Assembly (NCBI GenBank): GCA_963792525.1
Contig: CAWBWK010000002.1
Location: 642,285 to 674,284 of the forward strand
Reading direction: 5' to 3'
DNA: 32,000 nucleotides
From: an uncultured Alphaproteobacteria bacterium
Lineage (GTDB): Bacteria; Pseudomonadota; Alphaproteobacteria; Rhizobiales; Aestuariivirgaceae
Shown: positions 17,750 through 25,043 of the stretch, piece after piece
How the letters are laid out: every line of letters starts with the position of its first letter
Position numbering within the stretch: the first letter of the stretch is position 1
The notes under the pieces: model-generated
The model's database searches: none
Told to the model about the DNA's origin: nothing
Seen by the model: the letters and a program-made list of their open reading frames with translations, nothing else
Position numbers and translations under genes: made by a program

Positions 17750-18691
17750 ATGAATTTCAAGCTGGTTTTGCTTTCTGCGATCCTCTTCTTTGGTCCAGCG
17801 GTTTCTCATGCCGCCGAAATTCATGAGGCCGCCAAAAAAGGCGACGTCGCTGCGCTGACTGCGGCCTTGAACGCTGGAACCGATATCAACGCGATGGATG
17901 GCGGCGCAACGCCGCTATTCCTTGCGACGGCGCGGGGCCACTTGGAAGCGGTGAAACTTCTCATCGCACGCGGCGCCGATGTCAATGCATTGACGAAAAT
18001 GGGTTCGCCCCTGATGGCCGCTGCGAAAAGAGACACGCCCGAGCTGGTGGTCTTGCTGTTGGCAAAAGGCGCAGATCCAAACGCCGACTTGAAAAGCAAG
18101 ACGGCGCTTCATGTCGCTGCCGAACGTGGCTGCCTCGGCTGCGTCGTGGCATTGGTCGAGGCTGGCGCAAATGTAAATGGGCAACACAGGGATACCGAGG
18201 TCTACGGCGGGCAATATGTGCGGATGACGACCCCTCTTCATCTGGCCATCCTTTTCGATCATGAGGATGTCGCGGCTTACCTCAAGGCGCACGGCGTCAT
18301 CATACCGAAGCCCGCGCCCATCACAGCCAAGCTAGCATTCGCCGATCTCGACAAAGGAAAAACAGTTCTCGAAAACAAATGCCGCCATTGCCATATCGTC
18401 ATTCCGGAAGAGGGCGCAGATTCGACCGTCAATAAGGAAGGTTGGGGCCCTGGCCTATGGAATGTTGTCGGGCGCGACAAGGCGTCTGCCGACTACAAAG
18501 GGTATTCCCCGACCATGAAGGCATCGGAAGGCACTTGGACATACGAAGATTTGAATACGTATGTTGCGGGACCGGCCGTCACCACACCAGGCACCTACAT
18601 GCAAATGGAAGGCGTGCCCGACGAAACTGATCGCGTCAATCTGATCGCCTATTTGCGCACACTCAGCGACAGTCCTGTTCCGCTGCCGTAA
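17750..18691 (+). CDS. Secreted ankyrin-repeat / class I c-type cytochrome fusion protein, paralog 3
   Basis: ORF 17726..18691 trimmed to MNFKLVLLSAILFFGPAVSHA-AEIHEAAKKGD. It has the same spacer and Shine-Dalgarno as paralog 2. Motifs CRHCH, GPGLWNVVGR, PGTYMQMEG and VNLIAYLRTL. Confidence 0.87.
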   Translation: MNFKLVLLSAILFFGPAVSHAAEIHEAAKKGDVAALTAALNAGTDINAMDGGATPLFLATARGHLEAVKLLIARGADVNALTKMGSPLMAAAKRDTPELVVLLLAKGADPNADLKSKTALHVAAERGCLGCVVALVEAGANVNGQHRDTEVYGGQYVRMTTPLHLAILFDHEDVAAYLKAHGVIIPKPAPITAKLAFADLDKGKTVLENKCRHCHIVIPEEGADSTVNKEGWGPGLWNVVGRDKASADYKGYSPTMKASEGTWTYEDLNTYVAGPAVTTPGTYMQMEGVPDETDRVNLIAYLRTLSDSPVPLP

Positions 18692-18718
18692 TCCAACGAG
18701 CCATGATCCGCTTTCCGA

Positions 18719-19669
18719 CTATTTTTTGACAGGTACTGATGGCGGAAGTGGTGGTGGGTTGTCACTCATGGTGCGCATGTAAGCGATGAGGTCGGCCCGG
18801 GTTGCTGGGTCCTTCAATCCAACGAAACGCATCTTTGTGCCTGGCACATAATCCAAAGGCGAGGAGATGAATGCGTTGAACTCAGATAGTGTCCATTGGC
18901 CGTGCAGACCGGAAAACGCCTTGGAATAGCCGACACCTTCAACGCCTGCTTTATTCTGCCCAAGAATGCCCCAAAGATTGATTTTGGTGCTGCTCAAGCC
19001 ACCTTTATCAACGCTGTGACAATAGTTGCAAGACATCTTGAATATCCTTTCACCTGCGCTTGGCGAGGCAGATGTGAGGAGGCCCGTGACCGGTTTCACA
19101 ATTGGGCCGCGAGCACCGTACGCCCTGAGCAGATCGACAATGTGATTTTGGTTGTTAAAAGCGGCTGAATGAATTGCCGGGTAACCGGGGTAACCGGGAA
19201 ATTCAAGTTTTTCCCCAGTATCTGCGCTGCGCGTGTTCACGTCGGCACCATTTGCGACGAGGAGATCTACGACACCCGCATGGCCACCTTCGGCAGCAGC
19301 GTGTAAAGGGGTTGTTCCATCGTTCCAACGGGCACCCACATCAGCGCCATGGGCAATGAACACGGCAACAATGCTTTCATTGCCTTTTCGGGCCGCCAGG
19401 TAAAGCGGTGTGCCCAATATTTTGTGGGCGGCGTTGACGTTGGCTCCGTTGGCGATCAACAATTCGGCCAACGCCTTGTTTCCCGACAAACTCGCCTGAT
19501 GCAGCGGCGTACCGAGCGATCTTTGGTTCTGGTTGATGTCCGCGCCACTGGCAATCAGTTGCTTCACCTTTTCAATGTCGCTACCCTTGACCGCATCATG
19601 AAGTGGACCTGCATTGGACTGTGAAACCAGCGCTATCAAAACACCGACGAATAACAGGAGCTTGCCCAT
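18719..19669 (-). CDS. Secreted ankyrin-repeat / class I c-type cytochrome fusion protein, diverged paralog 4
   Basis: ORF 18719..19714 trimmed to MGKLLLFVGVLIALVSQSNA-GPLHDAV (GGAGGG upstream). It has 5 ANK repeats (GTPLHQASLSGNKALAELLIANGANVNA...). Motifs CNYCH, INLWGILGQ, PGTKMRFVG and ADLIAYMRTM are closest to mitochondrial/c2-type cytochrome c. Confidence 0.85.
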   Translation of the reverse strand: MGKLLLFVGVLIALVSQSNAGPLHDAVKGSDIEKVKQLIASGADINQNQRSLGTPLHQASLSGNKALAELLIANGANVNAAHKILGTPLYLAARKGNESIVAVFIAHGADVGARWNDGTTPLHAAAEGGHAGVVDLLVANGADVNTRSADTGEKLEFPGYPGYPAIHSAAFNNQNHIVDLLRAYGARGPIVKPVTGLLTSASPSAGERIFKMSCNYCHSVDKGGLSSTKINLWGILGQNKAGVEGVGYSKAFSGLHGQWTLSEFNAFISSPLDYVPGTKMRFVGLKDPATRADLIAYMRTMSDNPPPLPPSVPVKK

Positions 19670-19933
19670 ATTCCCTCCGTTCAAAGACGCAGCCCGCGCA
19701 AGGAAGAATTCCAAATGGCTCCCGCTACGCGGCTAAAATCTCGTCACGTGGCAGCCTCAATCAACACATGCAAAATCGCGAGCTTCATTTCAGCATAGTA
19801 TGTGGGTCGAGCCGTTGCAACAACACCCCATTCCGCACCGCAGAGTCCAGAAGCGTCGCCTTTCCACCCTCATCCGTCAACCCGTCGACGCGGCCCATGG
19901 GAAAACCGGAACCTTCCCTTTTCACGTATAGTC

Positions 19934-20257
19934 CTAAGCAGCCTTCTTGATCTTGATCGCAACTGACAATCCGGCCTTGGCCGCAATTGTCATCAGGGCA
20001 TCGCGGCTGAGTCTGTTGATGTACTCCCGCAGCAGGTCATTGAGCTTCGGTAGGGTGACGACTGGCCGCTTGGCGGCGGTGACTTGACTGATACGAAATG
20101 ATTTTACGATTTGCACGAGGGCCATCATCACGTGAATGCGGGCCATCACGTTTGCCGCCACCACTGGATTGGCCTCAATGGCATCCCTCACACTTTCAAA
20201 CTGTTCATATTTCAACTTGTTCGTTGCCTCACCAAGCACCCAGGAGGCCGACCACAT
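19934..20257 (-). CDS. XRE-family HTH protein, paralog of the 15355-15651 antitoxin, third gene of the higBA locus
   Basis: The C-terminal two-thirds aligns with the other antitoxin (KLKYEQFESVRDAIE.., LPKLNDLLREYINRLSRDALMTIAAKAGLSVAIKIKKAA versus ..QPRLNDLLRGRINNFSIDALISLARKAGLTVELKIKKAA). The ATG at 20257 forms a TGATG junction with the higA stop. The start is uncertain (TTG at 20260 or TTG at 20215 are alternatives). Confidence 0.6.
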   Translation of the reverse strand: MWSASWVLGEATNKLKYEQFESVRDAIEANPVVAANVMARIHVMMALVQIVKSFRISQVTAAKRPVVTLPKLNDLLREYINRLSRDALMTIAAKAGLSVAIKIKKAA

Positions 20258-20529
20258 CAACCTGCCAATTGCATACGCGCCTGCGCAAGATCATAAGAGG
20301 TCTGCATTCTCATCAAGGTATCAGCACTGATCTTGAACTGTCGTTCAAAGCGCAGGGCCATGTCGGCGCTCAGGCTGGCATGGCCATTCAGCACTGTGCT
20401 AAGCGCTTGCCGCGACACGCCCATCTCTGCGGCCACATCGGTAATGCTACGGCCACTGGGGTCGATGATTTCGCTCATGAGCCAACGTCCGGCATGCACG
20501 GAGATCGAGGGGTGCATTTTAAGAGCCAT
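20257..20529 (-). CDS. higA: HigA-family antitoxin (XRE HTH)
   Basis: 90 aa, HPSISVHAGRWLMSEIIDPSGRSITDVAAEMGVSRQALSTVLNGHASLSADMALRFERQF is the canonical HigA/VapI architecture. It overlaps the 3' end of the higB remnant. Confidence 0.8.
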   Translation of the reverse strand: MALKMHPSISVHAGRWLMSEIIDPSGRSITDVAAEMGVSRQALSTVLNGHASLSADMALRFERQFKISADTLMRMQTSYDLAQARMQLAG

Positions 20530-20808
20530 GATAATCCTCCAGGTTCATATCTGTAACAGTGCCCGCTTGTGTCACAGTGAAAGTCAGGCGCCAATTGCGT
20601 GTGACAGTCATAGACCAGGTTCCCGCTCGGTTGCCTGTGAGAAGGTGCAAGCCAAGTTCGGCGGCCTTGCCAATTCATCGAGCGAAGCGGTGGCCGCAAT
20701 AAAGGAGAGCATCGCACGCAACCGCTCAACATAATCCACAAGGCCTTTTGAATTTCCAGTCAAAAAGAAACGCTTCAGAAGCTTGTGTGAGATGCTTTCA
20801 ATTTACAT
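20519..20808 (-). pseudogene. higB: HigB-family toxin remnant (stop at codon 2 plus one frameshift)
   Basis: ATG at 20808 is followed directly by TAA. The frame then reads IESISHKLLKRFFLTGNSKGLVDYVERLRAMLSFIAATASLDELARPPNL. After a missing base near 20650-20655 it continues GLHLLTGNRAGTWSMTVTRNWRLTFTVTQAGTVTDMNLEDYHGS*. Both halves match the HigB (RelE-fold) consensus by recall. Confidence 0.65.
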
Positions 20809-20810
20809 TC

Positions 20811-20827
20811 GTCAAGTGATACTTGAC
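20811..20827. promoter_or_regulatory. Perfect palindrome GTCAAGT-GAT-ACTTGAC, candidate HigA operator
   Basis: It lies 3 bp upstream of the higB start codon. A related half-site ATCAAGTG occurs at about 20840-20847. Confidence 0.45.
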
Positions 20828-21076
20828 ATTGGCAAATGTATCAAGTGCAACACGACGGAATGATTGGAAGCATAGTCCCCCTCTGCTGCACAAGTGCAGC
20901 GTTTTACAAAAGAACCAAACGCAATCAACGCCAAGAGTTTGGTCGTTGCTAAAATCCGTTGCAGTTCAGCAAGCATGTCAGCTTCTGGCCCATCTCAGAA
21001 TTGCGCCTGACCAATTGAGATGTCCGGTACACAGATGGAAGCGGACTTCGATGCACTCGCCAGATGTCGGGAAATT

Positions 21077-21508
21077 TTATGAGCTGCAAGTGCTGTCTGG
21101 CACGTCTTCCGAAATCTCATGCAGCAGCTTTGGCCCCTTTGCCAAGCGGCGCCCGAGCGCTGCAACAAACGCATCATAGCGCTCACCCGCTTGCGCCCGT
21201 GCCGCAGCTTGCGAAGGCTCTGGCAGTGGCGGGTTCGTGGTTAGCCAGAAACGGACGAAGACGGCCAGCATTTCAATTGAGATGCCGAGATCGCGTTCCA
21301 TCCGCGTCATGCGCCGGTCGATCTGATCGAGGCGCTTGGTTGTTGCGGCTTCCTGCCGTTCTGCCGCATCGGGAGAGAGGAAGGATGCAATGGCTGCTTC
21401 AGCGACGAGCGAAAGCGAATGGTCGCGCCGCGCTGCGTATTCAGCAAGTGTTTTCAGGATCGCGGGTTCTACATAGACTGAGAGGCGCTGCTTTTTGGAG
21501 GGTTTCAT
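21077..21508 (-). CDS. Ribbon-helix-helix (CopG-like) protein conserved between traG and trbB
   Basis: ORF trimmed to MKPSKKQRLSVYVEPAILKTLAEYAARRDHSLSLVAEAAIASFL (RHH motif), 143 aa. The ATG is 10 nt after the traG stop. The position is typical for trb-type ICEs (recall). Confidence 0.75.
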   Translation of the reverse strand: MKPSKKQRLSVYVEPAILKTLAEYAARRDHSLSLVAEAAIASFLSPDAAERQEAATTKRLDQIDRRMTRMERDLGISIEMLAVFVRFWLTTNPPLPEPSQAAARAQAGERYDAFVAALGRRLAKGPKLLHEISEDVPDSTCSS

Positions 21509-21518
21509 GTAATGCGCC

Positions 21519-22625
21519 TCACAGGTCCATGCCGTCGTTGGGATCAAGTGAGACTTGGCGCGCGACACCTTGGACGATCTGGGTCATGCGACGTGCGCGC
21601 GTTGCGTCGTCATCGGCGTCGTCTGCAAACTCGTCGTGGAATTCGTTGGTCGGTGTTTGTTTTTCCGCTGCCACCTCGGGCCGGATGAGTTCAGGTTGTC
21701 TTCGCTTTTCCGATCCGGTCGGGTCTTCATTGTCTTCAGAGTTTCCATAGCTGGGAACAGGTGATCCGGATGGACTGGCGGGTAACGGCAATACGCTCCA
21801 GTCGTCATGTTTGGTCGAGCTTCCGTGGGCTGGTTCGGGCGGCGGCAGGACACGCTCCAACAATCGGCAATCTTCAAAATAGCGCACCTTCTTTGCGCGG
21901 ATCGGCGGTGTGCCAGACACCATCACGATTTCATCTGCTGGAGGCAATTGCATCACCTCGCCGGGCGTGAGCAGCGGTCGCGCGGTTTCTGAACGCGAGA
22001 CCATCAGATGGCCAAGCCAGGGACTGAGACGATGTCCAGCATAGTTTTTCATGGCCCGCATTTCGGTCGCCGTGCCCAGCGCATCGGAGACGCGCTTTGC
22101 CGTGCGCTCATCATTGGTGGCAAAACTCACGCGCACGTGGCAGTTGTCGAGGATGGAATTGTTTGGGCCATAGGCCTTCTCGATCTGATTGAGTGACTGG
22201 GCGATCAGGAAACTCTTGAGCCCGTAACCCGCCATAAAAGCGAGTGCGCTTTCGAAAAAATCGAGCCGTCCGAGGGCCGGGAACTCATCAAGCATCAGGA
22301 GCAAACGGTGACGCTTCCCCTTCGCGTTCAGGTCTTCGGTCAGACGCCGCCCGATCTGATTGAGGATGAGGCGGATGAGTGGCTTGGTGCGGACGATGTC
22401 CGATGGCGGCACGACCAGATAAAGCGTCGACGGTTGATCACCGCTAACCAGCTCGCCGATGCGCCAGTCACAGCGCCGCGTCACTTCGGCGACAACGGGA
22501 TCGCGGTAGAGGCCCAAGAAGGACATGGCTGTGGAAAGAACGCCGGAGCGCTCATTGTCCGACTTGTTGAGGAGTTCGCGCGCGGCACTGGCAATCACGG
22601 GATGGGGGCCGGCCTCGCCTAGGTG
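21519..22625 (-). pseudogene. traG: Type IV coupling protein TraG/VirD4, C-terminal ~368 codons only; 5' end removed at the IS3 boundary
   Basis: The frame is open right up to the IS end (HLGEAGPHPVIASAARELLNKSDNERSGVLSTAMSFLGLYRD...LLMLDEFPALGRLD (Walker B region)...). The N-terminal TM segments and Walker A are absent from the window. Confidence 0.9.
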
Positions 22626-22677
22626 TGAACCGCACCGGGTTTGCCGGAGACCTTCAACCTGACTAAGGAAGAAGGCT

Positions 22678-23010
22678 ATGGAAAAAAGTAAAACATCAAA
22701 TCGTTATTCACCTGAAGTGCGGGCGCGCGCCGTTCGCATGGTGCTGGAGCATCAAAGCTCCTACGAAACGCAAGCGGCCGCGATTGTGGCCATTGCCCCT
22801 AAGATTGGTTGTATCACGGAGACATTGCGGCTGTGGGTTAGGCAGGCTGAACAGGATAGCGGCAGTCGTGATGGTGTTACCAGCGGTGAGCGTGATCGGA
22901 TCAAAGAGCTTGAGCGGGAAGTGCGTCAGCTACGGCAGGCCAATGAAATTCTGCGAAAGGCTTCAGCTTATTTTGCGCAGGCGGAACTCGACCGCCCGTT
23001 CAAGCCATGA
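22678..23010 (+). CDS. IS3-family transposase OrfA (HTH / leucine zipper)
   Basis: 110 aa, [17 protein letters not shown]...[32 protein letters not shown] is a typical IS3 OrfA. Confidence 0.9.
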   Translation: MEKSKTSNRYSPEVRARAVRMVLEHQSSYETQAAAIVAIAPKIGCITETLRLWVRQAEQDSGSRDGVTSGERDRIKELEREVRQLRQANEILRKASAYFAQAELDRPFKP

Positions 23011-23912
23011 TCAGTTTTATAGATGATCAGCGGACCGTTTATGGGGTCGAGTCGATCTGCAGAGTTCTGCCAATTGCCCCATCCACTTATTATCATCAAT
23101 TGGCATGTCGTGCCGATCCAACAAAGCTGTCACCACGTTGCCAGCGAGATGTTAGTTTAAAGCCGAAGATCCAAAAAGTTTGGGACGATAACTGGAAGGT
23201 CTATGGCGTCAGGAAAACCTGGCGGCAGCTGCGCCGTGAAGGCGTTGATGTGGCAAGGTGCACGGTTGCTCGCCTCATGGCTGGCATGGGATTGCGGGGT
23301 ATTGTTCGGGGAAAGAGTTTAAAAACAACGATCTCTGACACTTCTGTGCCGTGCCCGCGTGACAAGGTGAACCGTCAGTTCCGAGCATCTGCCCCAGACA
23401 TCCTTTGGGTCAGTGATTTTACTTACGTGTCAACGTGGCAAGGATTTACCTACGTTGCATTCATCATCGACACCTTTGCCAACCGCATTGTTGGCTGGAA
23501 AGTGTCACGGTCTGCAAAGACTGACTTCGTTCTGGATGCGCTCGAGCAGGCGCTTTATGCACGCCGACCTGCCCATCAGGGTGGATTGATCCACCACAGC
23601 GACAGGGGAAGTCAGTATGTCTCTATCCGTTACACTGAACGTTTGGCAACAGCTGGAATTGAACCATCCGTTGGCAGCGTAGGCGATGCCTATGACAATG
23701 CTTTGGCTGAAACAATCAACGGCCTTTATAAAACCGAAGTCATCCGCAGGCGCTGCTCGTGGAAAACAATGGAGGACGTAGAAATGGAAACTCTCAAATG
23801 GGTCGATTGGTTTAATCATCGTCGTTTGCTTGAGCCAATCGGCAACATCCCGCCGGCAGAGGCTGAAGAAAACTATTACGCCATGATGGACATCTCCAAA
23901 ATGGCAGCTTAA
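23007..23912 (+). CDS. IS3-family transposase OrfB (DDE / rve integrase core)
   Basis: 301 aa, WVSDFTYV...HHSDRGSQY...[15 protein letters not shown] supplies the D, D, E catalytic context. The frame is -1 relative to orfA and is open from 22947. It is probably expressed as an OrfAB fusion by frameshifting. Confidence 0.9.
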   Translation: MISFIDDQRTVYGVESICRVLPIAPSTYYHQLACRADPTKLSPRCQRDVSLKPKIQKVWDDNWKVYGVRKTWRQLRREGVDVARCTVARLMAGMGLRGIVRGKSLKTTISDTSVPCPRDKVNRQFRASAPDILWVSDFTYVSTWQGFTYVAFIIDTFANRIVGWKVSRSAKTDFVLDALEQALYARRPAHQGGLIHHSDRGSQYVSIRYTERLATAGIEPSVGSVGDAYDNALAETINGLYKTEVIRRRCSWKTMEDVEMETLKWVDWFNHRRLLEPIGNIPPAEAEENYYAMMDISKMAA

Positions 23913-23951
23913 CAAGAACTCACTGGTCTCCGGCAAACCCGGTGCGGTTCA

Positions 23952-24804
23952 CGCCCTTCTTCTTCGCCGTCTTTTCAAAATCCCATTCATGGAAGCGGTC
24001 GCCGCGTGGCATGAACCTCCACACGGGTCCAGCCTTGGGCCAGAAGTTCATCGCGCTTGGCTGCAATAGCCTTGACCTGCAAGGCCCAGAAACTGTCGGG
24101 ATTGGCGAAGTAACTTCTCCTCGCCAAACAGGTCTGACACGATCTCACCTTGATAGGTGGCAAGGTCAAACAGGGCAGTCTTTGTCGAAATGTTCTGCCC
24201 GCCAAGCAACCAACGCTTCAAGCCTTGGCCCATGGGGGCTTGCTGTTCCTCGTCTCTCATAGAGGACCAACCAGTCCTTTTGCTGCTGCTTTGAGGCCAT
24301 GGTCAAAGCCCGCAAGGTTTCGGCGTCGATGTCCTCGGTGCGATACAGTTGCCTGATCTTGGGGGCCAGATTGGCAATGGCCAAACGGCGCTTCACCGTC
24401 AATTCTGTCACACCAAAGACATTGGCGATATCTTCAATGCTGCGGCCTTCCTTCAACAAGCGCTGGAAGGCTTCGAACTGGTCCATGTCGTCCATGGGCA
24501 GATGGGCGACATTCTCAATCAATGACGCTTCAACCGCTGCGGCGTCATCGCCCTTGGCCATGATGGCACAAGGCACGGCTTCGACCTCAAGCCCTTCCTT
24601 TTCCAGGGAACAGGCGGCAAGGAAGCGCCGTCGTCCGGCAATGATTTCGTAGCCGCTTCCGTTCTTGCGAACCAGAAGCGGTTGCAGAATGCCGCGTTCC
24701 TTGATCGAGGGAATGAGGTCTTTGTAGTCAGCCTTCTTCACACCATGCCTGACATTGACTTTGGCGATGGCGAGTTCTGACAAAGGGATATGCAAAAGTT
24801 CCAT
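23952..24804 (-). pseudogene. ParB-like nuclease/partition-domain protein, three frameshifts and 3' end truncated at the IS3 boundary
   Basis: MELLHIPLSELAIAKVNVRHG...YEIIAGRRRFLAA (ParB box) ...GVTELTVKRRLAIANL (HTH). The frame then moves one base at about 24258, about 24110 and about 24010. The segments are ..DWLVLYE / RDEEQQAPMGQGLKRWLLGGQNISTKTALFDLATYQGEIVSDLFGEE / SYFANPDSFWALQVKAIAAKRDELLAQGWTRVEV / MPRGDRFHEWDFEKTAKKKG. The sequence stops at the IS end. Confidence 0.8.
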
Positions 24805-24809
24805 GAGAA

Positions 24810-25043
24810 TTACTCCGTGGGTTGGGGTTGGGAATTGGCGCTGAACAGGTCCATCTGGTTCCGTGCCACATCGTCGAAGAGACCGATGTCACAGGGCTTT
24901 TGCAGCCTGTCGGAACCAAGGGGATGCGCGGCCAACGCCTCAAGCCGCGCTTTCATCGAAACGGGGCGAACGCCGGGGACCAGCGCTTGCGGTCCGATGG
25001 GTGTCGCTTCCGTTTCGAAGGGGATGGGAGTGGCGGCAATCAT
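24810..25043 (-). CDS. Hypothetical protein between ardC and parB-like
   Basis: 77-aa ORF whose ATG forms an ATGA junction with the ardC stop and which ends 5 nt before the parB-like start. No motif recognised. Confidence 0.4.
   Translation of the reverse strand: MIAATPIPFETEATPIGPQALVPGVRPVSMKARLEALAAHPLGSDRLQKPCDIGLFDDVARNQMDLFSANSQPQPTE

Larger units (their letters stand above)
22626..23951 (+). mobile_element. IS3-family insertion sequence, 1326 bp, apparently intact
   Basis: Perfect 27-bp terminal inverted repeats TGAACCGCACCGGGTTTGCCGGAGACC (22626-22652, and reverse complement at 23925-23951) with the TG...CA ends typical of IS3. orfA and orfB are in the 0/-1 frame arrangement. The flanking triplets differ (GTG left, CGC right), so there is no target-site duplication. 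Confidence 0.9.

Noticed and set aside
18692-18718. Bidirectional terminator between convergent ankyrin-cytochrome paralogs 3 and 4
   Set aside because: The 27-bp gap (TCCAACGAGCCATGATCCGCTTTCCGA) contains no stem-loop of useful length, so no terminator could be supported.
14875-19913. Shared 12-mer AAAACCGGAACC at 14875-14886 and 19902-19913
   Set aside because: The flanking sequence does not align, so there is not enough evidence for a repeat family or recombination site. It may be chance or a short motif.
21064-21750. 228-aa plus-strand ORF
   Set aside because: It lies antisense to the RHH gene and the traG 3' end. It is Arg/Ala-rich with no motif.
22947-23010. Exact -1 frameshift site of the IS3 transposase
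   Set aside because: orfB is open in the -1 frame from 22947, and GCGAAAGG (about 22953-22960) or TATTTTG (22969-22975) are candidates. I cannot identify a canonical A-AAA-AAG-type heptamer, so no site is annotated.
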